A DNA stretch of 64,000 nucleotides from Diplonema japonicum (Eukaryota; Protista; Euglenozoa: Diplonemea), in NCBI GenBank assembly GCA_964019335.1, contig OZ025652.1, forward strand, positions 806,001-870,000. The letters run 5' to 3'. The notes under the pieces were generated by a model that was not told the origin of the DNA, did not search any database, and saw only the letters and a program-made list of their open reading frames with translations. The position numbers and the translations under genes were made by a program. Below, in pieces: positions 32,196-41,896 of the stretch (the stretch's first letter is position 1; each line of letters begins with the position of its first letter).

Positions 32196-35100
32196 ATGGC
32201 CGACCCGTCTGGAGAGGTGACGCTGGAGGCAGCGAGGAAGCAGAAGATCCACAACCTGAAGCTGAAGACAGCATGCCTGGAGAACGAGGAGTTCATCCAG
32301 GAGCTGCACGTATCGGACTGGAGCGAGAACCAGAGGCAGAAGCTGTCTGGGGCGCACGAGAAGGCGCACGAGCTGCTGACTGCTGTGGAGGTGGGGACGA
32401 AGTGGAACCTTACTGAGGCGTACGACCTGGCGAAGCTGATGAGGGTGTGCGGGCTGGAGATGTCGCAGCGGGAGCTGTACAAGCCTGAGGACAAGCCGCA
32501 GTTCATGGACGTGATCGGGTTGAGGAAGCAGCTGGCGGAGTTGAAAAACAACAGGAACAAGACGAGGATCGTGTCCTTCACTGGGGTCATCGACAACGCC
32601 ATCACCAAAGTGGAGAAGGTGGAGGAGGAGCTCAGGAGGTCGCAGCTCGATGCAACCCAGCTCGCACAGGTCCCCGCCACCACCCTGAAGCAGATGGAGG
32701 ACATCATGAACGTCACGCAGATCCAGGCAGCCCTTACCTCTACGAACGAGCAGGTAAAAAAATAATAATAATGAAACTCACAAGGTGGCAACGCAAGTGT
32801 CGCAGCTGGACAGGGTGAACGAGATCCAGAACGTGGCGATGAGCGACGGTGAGATGCAGGTTGCAGAGGAGCAGTTCTGGACGAAGATCCAGCTTCAGGA
32901 GAGACTCATCGAGCTCATCAAGGACAAGTTCCGTTTGATCCAGAAGACAGAGGACGAGAACGCTCCCTTCAAGAAGGTGTGTGGGTTGTGAAAGGGAGGG
33001 AGGGAAGAACAATGTGCAAACATCAATGGTTGGGGCACTTTTTTCTTTTTTTTTACATGATGAGACCAATCACCCATTCTTCTTTCCCCAAATGAACAGG
33101 CACAAGTGTCTGTTGTGCTTCTACCCCTGGATTTGACAGTTTCTATTTTGTCTGAAATATTTTGAAAGGAACCATTGACACGCCTTCGGCAAGTGGTAAA
33201 CAAGTGATCAACAGGAGCGAACAACAGGAGTTGATTACCACTTCACTCAATTGCTGGTTTGTTTGTTGATGCTGTTGGCCATTGTGCTGGCAGCAAGTGA
33301 ACGTACTTCTGAGTCATGATTTACTGTTGTGTTGTCCTGTTTCTTTCCTTTTTCCGAAAAGGCTGTGATGACCAACAACAAACTCCAATGGCATTCCTCA
33401 TTTCTGACGAGGGAGGAGGCTGAGGGTGATGCTTCTGCTGTCCTCCTCCCGCCGAATGAGATGTGAGTACCTTTTCTGAGCCTTTTAGAAACGATAAGAG
33501 AAGGGTGGGGGATGGGGAAATGGAAGAGCGAAGTCTTTTGGCGACCAGCAGCAGAAGGGCAGGCTTGCTTCCTCGTAGCCATCGTGTTCTCATTACTGTT
33601 TGGGAGATGTGGAAAAAAGAAAGGCAACGAATGGTAAAAACCTGTGTTCTCTGAGAATGATGACAAACCACAGCTACTATCTGGACATCGCCCCTATACC
33701 TATACGATGCCTTCGGGCAAGTGGTAAACAACTCGTCCACACCTGACCATAGAAGAGAGAATAAAATAAAAAAAGATCCTTACCAACACAAGGCACAGGG
33801 GTGAATTAAACGCAGCTGATGTTCTTCGCGACAAACTGGTAAGCTCGGCTGTACCTGTCTCACCCAAGATGTACTTTGTGCTTTTGTAATACCTCACATG
33901 ATGAGACCAATCACCCATTCTTCTTTCCCCAAATGAACAGGCACAAGTGTCTGTTGTGCTTCTACCCCTGGATTTGACAGTTTCTATTTTGTCTGAAGAT
34001 CACATTTCCTCTTTTTTGCCCGACGTGCCTTCTCATTCGTGCACGAGTGCTGACAGCCCGCCCTCCCTCTCTGTTACTGCTTGCTTGATAAAACCCTTGG
34101 TTTTTGTGAATCCATTCAAGCCCTTGTATTCATGTCAAGCTTCACCCCTAAGTTGGACCTTGCTTATTTCCCTGATGCATCGCCCCACTTGAGTGACCCC
34201 TTTGGGCGACCAGCAGCAGAAGGGCACGCTTGCTTCCTCGTAACTGTCGTGTTCTCATTACTGTTTGGGAGAGATATGTGGAAAAAGACAGAAAAAGAGG
34301 AAGGAAGGGGTCTATCTGAGTCAAGTGGTAACAACTCGTGCATATCACATATGTTCGGCCAAAGGGAAGTAGCTTTTGTGGAATCAAGTATCTTTTCCTG
34401 AAATCGCCCACTTACACCACAATGAATCACTACCAACACAAACCACACCACTCACACAGATCTATGAAGTGCAGAAGAAGGCTAATCAGGAGACCTCGCA
34501 GATGAAGGACGCGAAGCGCAGGTTGAAGCAGAGGTGCGAGACTGACCTGAAGCACATCCACGATGCGATCCAGAAGGCAGACTTGGAGGACGCAGAGTCG
34601 ATGAAGAGGTTTGCGGCGATGAAGGTGTGAAAAAAGAAGGGAAAGTAAACAAAGAAAATCAAAAAAACAGGACAAGAGTGAGAGGTTCGTGAAGGAGAAC
34701 CTCGAGAAGCAGGAGGAGTGCTGGAGGAAGATCCAGGACCTCGAGAGACAGCTGCAGAAGCAGGGAACAGAGAGGTTCGAGGAGGTGAAGAGGAGGATCG
34801 AAGAGAACGACAGGGAGGAGAAGAGGAGGGTGGAGTACGCACAGTTCTTGGAGGTGGCTTCTCAGCACAAGAAGCTGTTGGAGCTGACTGTGTACAACTG
34901 CGACCTCGCGATCAGGTGCACGGGGTTGATCGAGGAGCTTGTGGCTGAGGGGTGCAGCGCGGTGAAGGCGAGGTACGACAAGACGAACCAGGAGCTATCG
35001 GACCTGAGGATCAGGGTGCACAAGGAGCACCTGGAGTACTTCAGGATGCTGTACCTCACGCTCGGGTCCCTCATCTACAAGAAGGAGAAGAGGTTGGAGG

Positions 35101-35561
35101 AGATCGACAGGACCATCAGGAGCACGCACATCCAGCTGGAGTTCTGCATCGAGACCTTCGACCCGAACGCGAAGAAGCACTCCGACCAGAAGAAGGAGCT
35201 GTACAACCTGCGGCACTCTGTGGAGGAGGAGCTGGGCCTCCTGAAGGAGAAGCAGGCAAAGGCGATGGACGACTTCAAGGAGTCCGAAGAGGCCCTCGAC
35301 GCTGCGGGGCACGAGTTCCAGCACCCTGTCGACGAGAACAACGAAGAGGTCCTCTCCAGGAGGTCAAAGATGGTCGAGTACAAGGTACAATATTACATTA
35401 AAATAGATTTAAAAAAACAAAAACAGGCACACTTGTCGAAGCAAGAAGAGGTTAAAATCGCGGCAGAGCGTGAGGAGATCAAGAGGGCGAAAGCTTTAAA
35501 AACTACACAGCAGTCGACCATCGCCTCCAATCCGAACGACCTTGTGAAGCCCTTGGAGTAA
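32196..35561 (+). CDS. PFR1: Paraflagellar rod protein 1
   Basis: LEAARKQKIHNLKLKTACLENEE...DWSE...TKWNLTE matches euglenozoan PFR1. Introns at 32754-32784, 32977-34459, 34625-34670 and 35385-35426. Confidence 0.95.
33057..33155 (+). ncRNA. Intronic box C/D snoRNA, copy 1; predicted target LSU G equivalent to yeast 25S G2395
   Basis: Box C atgatga (33057) and box D ctga (33152). D' atga (33092) is followed by hairpin acaggcac/gtgtctgt. Guide tcttctttcccc is complementary to conserved LSU GGGGAAAGAAGA, and the +5 rule points to the third G. Confidence 0.82.
33230..33313 (+). ncRNA. Possible additional box C/D snoRNA (degenerate C box)
   Basis: ttgatta ... D' ttga, 10-bp hairpin tgctgttggc/gctggcagca, C'-like agtgaac ... 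ctga (33309). No target recognised. Confidence 0.35.
33357..33486 (+). ncRNA. Intronic box C/D snoRNA; predicted target SSU G equivalent to yeast 18S Gm1572
   Basis: A 7-bp terminal stem aaaaggc/gcctttt closes box C gtgatga (33365) and box D ctga (33476). D' ctga (33404) is preceded by ggcattcctc, complementary to SSU GAGGAAUGCC; the +5 rule hits the first G of GAGGAAU. Confidence 0.85.
33545..33610 (+). ncRNA. Single-hairpin box-AGA (H/ACA-like) pseudouridylation guide, copy 1
   Basis: Lower stem ccagcag/ctgtttgg. Pocket gcaga...tcatt is complementary to the flanks of conserved LSU UGA-UU-UCUGC. AGA lies at 33605, 15 nt from the pocket. Confidence 0.7.
33657..33746 (+). ncRNA. Intronic box C/D snoRNA targeting the LSU GGUAUAGGGGCGA region
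   Basis: Box C atgatga (33657), box D ctga (33743). The 13-nt tcgcccctatacc is antisense to conserved LSU GGUAUAGGGGCGA, and cagctacta is antisense to nearby UAGUAGCUG. Internal tgcc-TTCG-ggca hairpin. Confidence 0.8.
33799..33872 (+). ncRNA. Single-hairpin box-AGA guide; predicted target LSU U equivalent to yeast 25S Psi2975
   Basis: Stems gggtga/tcaccc and gcagctga/tcggctgt. Pocket aaac + acctgtc pairs GACAGGU-[UA]-GUUU. AGA lies at 33867, 14 nt from the pocket. Confidence 0.85.
33898..33996 (+). ncRNA. Intronic box C/D snoRNA, copy 2 (duplicate of 33057-33155)
   Basis: About 100-nt apparently identical duplicate whose similarity ends essentially at the C and D boxes. Confidence 0.82.
34210..34275 (+). 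ncRNA. Single-hairpin box-AGA guide, copy 2 (paralog of 33545-33610)
   Basis: Same pocket and lower stem as copy 1; upper stem gggcacg/cgtgttc; AGA at 34270. Confidence 0.7.
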
Positions 35562-35758
35562 AAGTCATTGTTCCACTGTGTAAATACAGACAGACCGGTG
35601 CCTTGGAAGGACAGGCACTCGTGTACAGCACACTTAACTATTCGTACTAGGCCATGGCGATGTGGCCTGGTGTTATTACTCTCTTTTATGTTTCTACATA
35701 ATTAAAATCCTATTTATTTAATCTTTATTAAAGACAGCGCTGAGTGCACGCAGGCAAG

Positions 35759-36691
35759 ATGGTGACAGAAGAATCAAAGGAGGAGACGAAGCTCTCGAAT
35801 GAACACTTCTCAGCAGTGGGTTTGAGCAGCATGCTGCAGTCATTGGACTGTGTTGACAAAAGGCACGAGGTGGCGGAGCTGATTAGATATCATAGCAATC
35901 ACGAGAGTGTGATCTTGCAAGTGTGGAAGAGGGAGGTGCTAAAGGCGCCGTGCGAGAAGGTCCCGCAACTGCTGTTCCTGGGTGGCGATGTTATGATGAT
36001 GTGCTGTAAGGACGTGCCGTCGCTGGCAGCAGGCGTAGGAAGGCTCCTCCCACGACTCATCGCCACACTGCTGCACCAGACACATGCTGACAAAGCGCAG
36101 ATCCTGCACACCACACTGTACAACCTGGTGCGGAAGCTCTCGACGAACACATACATTCCAAAAGAGTGGGTGCAGTCTATCCAGACAGCACTCCATCACA
36201 AGATAGAGGTCACCGAGTACGGGTGGGTGCACGAGGGGTTGGGGGAGGTTGACAAGCTGTGGGTGTCAGCAAGAAGTTGTTTCGCCAAGGCGACAAAGGA
36301 ACGGGAGAAGCTGAAAGGGTTGCACAAGAGGATGCGTGAGTTCCAGATCGAGAAATCCAAGCTGCCTGGCACACTAGAAAACATGAAAGCGCTAGCGGAG
36401 AGCCACTTAAAGCACTGCGAGAGGTACGATGAGGACATCAAAATGATTAAGAAGATCCTAGACGAGAAGGTCATGAATAACACCGCTTCAGAACTGGTGC
36501 AGCTGTCAGCAAAGAGACGTAAAACAGAACAATTGCAGCAGCAACCAAAACTGCCCCCGCAGCAGGGTACTCCTGTGAAGCCCGCACCCGACGCGCCAGC
36601 ACAGAGCCCAGGGGACGATAACAGCGATATGTACAGCAGTGCGGACGATGATAGTGGCTCCGAGGATTCAGTGAAGTTCCACTTGGGTTAG
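35759..36691 (+). CDS. CID (RNA Pol II CTD-interacting domain)-like protein, RPRD/Rtt103-like, with coiled coil
   Basis: IRYHSNHESVILQVWKRE...KVPQLLFLGGDVMM resembles the CID helices. Confidence 0.55.
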   Translation: MVTEESKEETKLSNEHFSAVGLSSMLQSLDCVDKRHEVAELIRYHSNHESVILQVWKREVLKAPCEKVPQLLFLGGDVMMMCCKDVPSLAAGVGRLLPRLIATLLHQTHADKAQILHTTLYNLVRKLSTNTYIPKEWVQSIQTALHHKIEVTEYGWVHEGLGEVDKLWVSARSCFAKATKEREKLKGLHKRMREFQIEKSKLPGTLENMKALAESHLKHCERYDEDIKMIKKILDEKVMNNTASELVQLSAKRRKTEQLQQQPKLPPQQGTPVKPAPDAPAQSPGDDNSDMYSSADDDSGSEDSVKFHLG

Positions 36692-36739
36692 TGTTTTAGT
36701 GTTTACTTTGCGCTCTTTTTTAAACATTACAGGTTGGCC

Positions 36740-37174
36740 ATGTGTCCAGCCACGTTGGCTTACACAGAACTCCGAGACGCACTTCGAAGGTGGTGTGACA
36801 AAGAGTGCAATGACAACTGTATCCCAGTTGTGAAAGACATAGTTAAAAGGTTCCAGCAAATGGGGCACAAAGCTGGCGCGAAAATTGACTGGTGCGAAGC
36901 CAGGTATCCTTGGGCACTGCACGGAGCACACAACTCATGCATTGGCAAGGTGCTGCTGAAGTGGTATGCCTTCGAGGAAAACGTCCTGACGGGCTTCACC
37001 ATCAGGAAGTCATTTCTGGTGTGTGACAGCTCGTTCAAAAGGGCCAGTGTGTTGAAGCATTGGTCGCAGGCGTTGGACGACAACTTCGAGTTACGAAAAA
37101 AGGTGATATTACTGATGGCACTGTGTCGCCACCATGTGTGTGATGATGTCAAAAAGTGCATCTTTTCTTACTAA
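36740..37174 (+). CDS. Hypothetical protein (~144 aa)
   Basis: ORF follows a pyrimidine-rich tract and AG and fills the space between two genes. No motif recognised. Confidence 0.6.
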   Translation: MCPATLAYTELRDALRRWCDKECNDNCIPVVKDIVKRFQQMGHKAGAKIDWCEARYPWALHGAHNSCIGKVLLKWYAFEENVLTGFTIRKSFLVCDSSFKRASVLKHWSQALDDNFELRKKVILLMALCRHHVCDDVKKCIFSY

Positions 37175-37220
37175 CTTGATTATTGATTGCCTTTGTTATG
37201 GTCTTTAAGCTACCACAGGA

Positions 37221-38855
37221 ATGTCGGATGCACGGGATCAGTTGGTGAATGACTCCTTCGTCTCCACGCAGTCGCAGGTGTCGAACAAGTCGTCGATGGT
37301 GCCGAAGTCCATGCCCAAGGTGTACGAGGGCGATGTAGGCCTTGCAAGGATAGGGTGCTTCATGGGTGGTGTCATTGATGACTACAAGAGGCGGTTGCCC
37401 CACTACGCCAGCGACATCTTCGATGGGTTCGACAAGAAAACTATCAGCAGTGCTTTGTTCATGTTCTTTGCTACATTCTTCTCCACTGTGGCTCTGGGAG
37501 TTCTCATTCAGGACAACACCAACAAGGCCATTGGAACAGAGGAGTACCTTCTCATGAACTCTATTGCTGGCATGCTGCACGCCCTTTTAGGATGCCAGCC
37601 TTTGCTGGTACTGCGACCCACAGGGCCCATCACGGCTATCATCACAACGCTCCACTCGCTTGCTTCAACTTTCGACCTGGACTTCCATCAGTACCTTGCG
37701 GCAACTGGCATCTTTGTAGGTATCTACATGATCCTCGTAGCGGGCTTGGAGCTATCACGGTGGATAGCGTACCTTACCAGGTACACGCACGAAATCTTCG
37801 CCTTCTTTGTATGCAGCATCTATATACACGACGGCATAGCCGACATAGTGAAGCACTTCCATGTGGACACTGACGAGGCCTTTGGAAAGTCCATCTTCTT
37901 GCTGGTGCTAGCAGGCACCACCTTCGTCCTGAGCATGTTCTTGAACTTTGCACCAAGATGGTCCGTCTTCACACCCAGCACCCGTGAGTTCCTCTCCGAC
38001 TACGCAGTCACTATCTCCGTCTTTATCACGATAGGCATGAGTTACGTGTTTGGCTCGCATGCTGAGGTCGATAGGGTGGAGATGCCTGCTGATAGATTCA
38101 CCCCGACGCTGCAGGGAAGGTCATGGGTGACAGACTTCTCAGATGCCCCTTTCAGGTTGTGGCCCCTCGCTGCGGGGTCGGCTCTTCCTATTGTTTTCTT
38201 CTTTTTCATGGACCAGAACGTGTCATCGCTTTACACGCAGCTCCCATCTATGCAGCTAACTAAAGGCAGCTACTACCATTCGAGCTTCTTATGCATGGGG
38301 CTCTTCAACATTATCTCGCCTTCCTTCGGGCTGCCCTTCGTGACAGGCTCGCTGCCCCACTCGCCGCAGTTTGTTAAGGCGCTGACTTGCACGGAACAGT
38401 GTGCAGAAGACAGTGATGCTGATGCAGAGAAGAAGAACATCTACGTTAGCGAGAACAGGATAGCACCCTTTTTGATGTACTTGATGATCGGGGTACCCGT
38501 CACGATTCCCTCTGTGCTGGAGAAGATCCCGAAGGCATGTATCGACGGCATCCTTGTCTACGTCGGTGTCGCGGGGCTGCTTGACACACAGCTGTGGGAA
38601 CGGGCGGTGTGCTTTCTTCGGTCGCATGTCATGTTCCCTAGTCCCTACAACGAGCTCCCGTTGCGCACTGTTCATAAGTATACTGCAATACAGCTGCTAC
38701 TGCTAGCCGTGTGCTGGGGTGTCAACCTCTCACCTGCCTCACTGCTGTTCTCTGTCATCGTGGTATCGATCGTGCCCTTCAGGTCGCATGTCATCCCCAG
38801 ACTGTTCCCCGACCCTTTGGTCCTGCACATCCTCGACTCTGAACACCAATCGTAG
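37221..38855 (+). CDS. SLC4-family anion exchanger / borate transporter (HCO3- cotransporter domain)
   Basis: DYKRRLPHYASD, GCQPLLVLRPTGP, TRYTHEIF, FFMDQNVS and ENRI motifs. Confidence 0.9.
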   Translation: MSDARDQLVNDSFVSTQSQVSNKSSMVPKSMPKVYEGDVGLARIGCFMGGVIDDYKRRLPHYASDIFDGFDKKTISSALFMFFATFFSTVALGVLIQDNTNKAIGTEEYLLMNSIAGMLHALLGCQPLLVLRPTGPITAIITTLHSLASTFDLDFHQYLAATGIFVGIYMILVAGLELSRWIAYLTRYTHEIFAFFVCSIYIHDGIADIVKHFHVDTDEAFGKSIFLLVLAGTTFVLSMFLNFAPRWSVFTPSTREFLSDYAVTISVFITIGMSYVFGSHAEVDRVEMPADRFTPTLQGRSWVTDFSDAPFRLWPLAAGSALPIVFFFFMDQNVSSLYTQLPSMQLTKGSYYHSSFLCMGLFNIISPSFGLPFVTGSLPHSPQFVKALTCTEQCAEDSDADAEKKNIYVSENRIAPFLMYLMIGVPVTIPSVLEKIPKACIDGILVYVGVAGLLDTQLWERAVCFLRSHVMFPSPYNELPLRTVHKYTAIQLLLLAVCWGVNLSPASLLFSVIVVSIVPFRSHVIPRLFPDPLVLHILDSEHQS

Positions 38856-39132
38856 TCGTTCCAATCTTTCGACATGTCGCAAACGCCGCGTCGGTGGCGT
38901 GTGTGTCTTTCTTTCCGTTGCCACAAGTTCCCCCTATCATGGTTGTTTTGTTTCTTTTTTCGCTCTCTCTCCTTTTGCGTTGGCTTTGTTTAGGGAAATT
39001 TATCGAGTCGCACAAAGCAAACACTACCTTACTTGTAAACGTTCATCTTTTCCTTTCCCACTACTGTAGTATACATTCCCCTTCACTATACGAAAGTGAA
39101 AATAATCCATTCACAGCACCTATTTGGTCAAC

Positions 39133-39576
39133 ATGCTCAGCAAGGAATGGGAGATCATCACAATTGTGTCCGCTGTGCTTGCAGTCATAGGCGCAGGGGT
39201 GATGTGCTTTTTGAAGAAAGAGAAAGAAGACATCAGAGACAGGTGTGAAATGGAGGCGAGGCGGAAGATGTTCAATGATGATCGTCAGCGCCAAACAAAA
39301 TTTGTAGCTACACCTTGTGCAGAACCACAGCTCCAGCAGCAGTACCATAAGCCGCAACAGCAGGCAATGTCAGCTGCTAGCGTGGACTCTATTGCTGTCT
39401 CTGTAGACATGCTCCCTACTTCCGATACGGCTAGCCATTCACCTCTTCCGGTGCTAAGCGAGCCCCCTTCACGTCCCACGACACCCATGTCGCCCCCAAG
39501 GAGGTTGAGGCCAAGCAGGTCCCTAACACCAACGCATACACTTTCCCAACCCACAATCGTTGTTGGTCACTTCTAG
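39133..39576 (+). CDS. Small single-pass membrane protein with Pro/Ser-rich tail
   Basis: N-terminal TM IITIVSAVLAVIGAGVMCFL followed by basic residues. Confidence 0.6.
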   Translation: MLSKEWEIITIVSAVLAVIGAGVMCFLKKEKEDIRDRCEMEARRKMFNDDRQRQTKFVATPCAEPQLQQQYHKPQQQAMSAASVDSIAVSVDMLPTSDTASHSPLPVLSEPPSRPTTPMSPPRRLRPSRSLTPTHTLSQPTIVVGHF

Positions 39577-40070
39577 CTGCCTTAATTCCTATTATGTTCA
39601 GGTTTGTTTTCTTTTTTTTCCTTGCTTTTGTTTCTCCCTTTTTTTGAACCTATTTCTCTTTGGTCTTGCTTCCATTTTGTTATACACCGTTATGTCTGAC
39701 TTCCTTTTTTTGAATGTTGCAGCCTATGCTGATAGAGCGCAAAGCCGCAAGAACATTTATTTCTGTCTGCTCATGTCCTTTTATTAGGAAGGCATTGCAA
39801 TCCGCACTGATGGCCTTTGCCAGTTATCATTTGTGCAGCCTTAACCCCCCCCCCCCCCCCCCCTTGTCTCCTAGCATGTGCGAACAACTTACACATGTCT
39901 GCGACCGTGATATGGCTAGATACATATCTTTTTATATGCGAACCTGCAGTTCCAACCCATGCTTTTCTTCTTCTTTTCTTTCGTGCATTTTTCTTTTTCT
40001 GCCCGGCTATTGTTATTGTTGAGCATCCCAATAGACATGCAAGCTTCTAAGTTCACATTGCAGAGCCGTC

Positions 40071-41808
40071 ATGACCCGAATAGTGCAATGGGGCACCCTC
40101 AGGAGGTTCAGGAGGTACCAGTCGACGAAGGAGGGAAAGGATGTGAAACAAGAAGAGAAGACGAAGGTGGCGCAGGGTAACAAAACACCTGTAGCGGGGT
40201 TGAAGCCAGTTCGGCGGAAAACACGAGGTGAGGTCCAAACAGGACCCAGGTTTCAGGCTTTGTATGGAGAGAAAGGGTGGACAGAAGATACAGTAGATAG
40301 AATGGATGAAGTAGCGAAGGAGGTGAGAGGGGGTTACGTGTCATCCGACCCAAACACGAAAGACATAGGAAGAGGACCCAAGCCGCAGTGGACGTTTCTT
40401 GATGCCCCACCCAAAGGGTGGTGGCCTGTTGGTGAGTGGCAAATAGGAGCACCTCCCGACGACACTGGGCGGCCTGCTACGCCCTCCAACATGATGCACT
40501 GCCCTTCGAAAGTGGTGAAACATGGGAAAAGTTCAACCGATCGGTCGAAAGAAGCCCGCGACGTGTGGCTTGCAGACATGGGCCCCCATATGCGGCTTGC
40601 AATGGCGATATCGAGGCGCCTTACAAAGAAAGAACGCGACAAGGTGCGATTTGTTCAATCGATCTCTCTGCTTCTCATCATCTTGTTTTCCTGTATTCTC
40701 GCAAGTCAGCTGTATGTTCTTTTTAAATGTCTCCTTTTTTTTGGGTGGTGGGGATAATACAGAAATATGGAAATATAAAGAAGTACATCAGATGTGTACA
40801 TCAGATGTGTTGTTCGCTGTTGACCTCCACGTCGGTCATCACCGGTAACGCCCGAGTGGAAGAACGTATTGAAGATGCTCAGGGTGACGAACAGGCAGCA
40901 AACTGCACGGGCTACCAGGGAGGGTTGAGTTGCCACCGCACGCATTTGGAACAGAAGGACACGACGCGGAACGCAGAAGAAGCTACAGCTAGGCCGAGGC
41001 GCGCCTCCTGAAATCAAGTAGACGATGCTTGAGCAGGGCCCTGCCACATACTGCAGGCACCCTTAAATCGTCTCTTTTTTTAATTTAATTCCGCAAAGTT
41101 ACATGAGAGAAATTCTGCAGAACCATAAAAATCAGAAATCATGACTAGTAAATGCAAAGTGCAGAATAAATGCAAAGTAATAGGCTAAATTTGGCTTTAA
41201 AAAAGTGCCGTAAATGCAAAGTAAATCTGATTTTTACTCTGAGCAATTTTCGGAGTTTTTCAGTATCCGTCTTCATTTTTTGAATCTGGCGGCCGCTGAC
41301 ACTGCCGTAGGTCAGTGGTCAGGACCCTCGGTCGTGGGTTCAAGCCCCGAAGGTCCGATTTGTTGACCCCGATTTTCCAAAAAAAAGTTCGCTCATATAA
41401 ATCAGTGCCCGTCGGGAAGTAAACAATAAATATAAACACAGTTACGTTCTCTACAAGCGTTGGGTGTTCCTCACCAACACGGCCCTCAACTCCGAAGACT
41501 ACAAGCTGCGCCTCATAGCCAACCAACTGAAGACCGTCGAGTCTGTGCGAGGGAAAGAATTCACAGTGTTTCTTACAGAACTCTGGGTATGCCATCACGT
41601 AGTACGTTGTCACATTTTACAGGAAACCTTCCCTGTCCCGAATGAGTTGGAAGCAGAGATGGAGCTCGTCTGGCGGGAGTGCATCAAGAAGGGTTGGATC
41701 AAACTCGGTGAGGATGAGGAGCATTTCATTGCAGAACCGTTTAAAATGAAGTACATCCAACCAAAGGGGGTGAACGTTACTAACGAGTTGTTAACAGGAA
41801 TACAGTAG
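40071..41808 (+). CDS. Hypothetical single-TM protein, possibly mitochondrial
   Basis: Arg-rich presequence-like N-terminus. Intron 40712-41441 (gtatgt...cacag) joins ORF 40071 in frame to ORF 41464..41808. Confidence 0.75.
40743..41081 (-). repeat. Longest copy of dispersed repeat family A (intronic)
   Basis: Reverse-complement match to 29312-29623; ends in hairpin-cccttaaat-gtctc-poly(T). Confidence 0.85.
41301..41357 (+). other. tRNA-like Pol III A-box/B-box element lacking an anticodon arm
   Basis: D-arm-like ta-ggtc-agtggtcag-gacc and T-arm-like gtggg-ttcaagc-ccc are separated by only about 7 nt. No acceptor stem. Confidence 0.45.
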
Positions 41809-41896
41809 ATTAGTGAGGTTCGTACAGTAAATTATTACATTTTGCGCAACCAGAGTATCACAGGGCACAAGGATGCTGGACTGCCAACTACGGTAG

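Noticed and set aside
33551-33596. gcagaagg...tcatta resembles the 3' end of 18S rRNA
   Set aside because: The match is split by a hairpin and in the sense orientation. It is better explained as the pocket of an AGA guide RNA.
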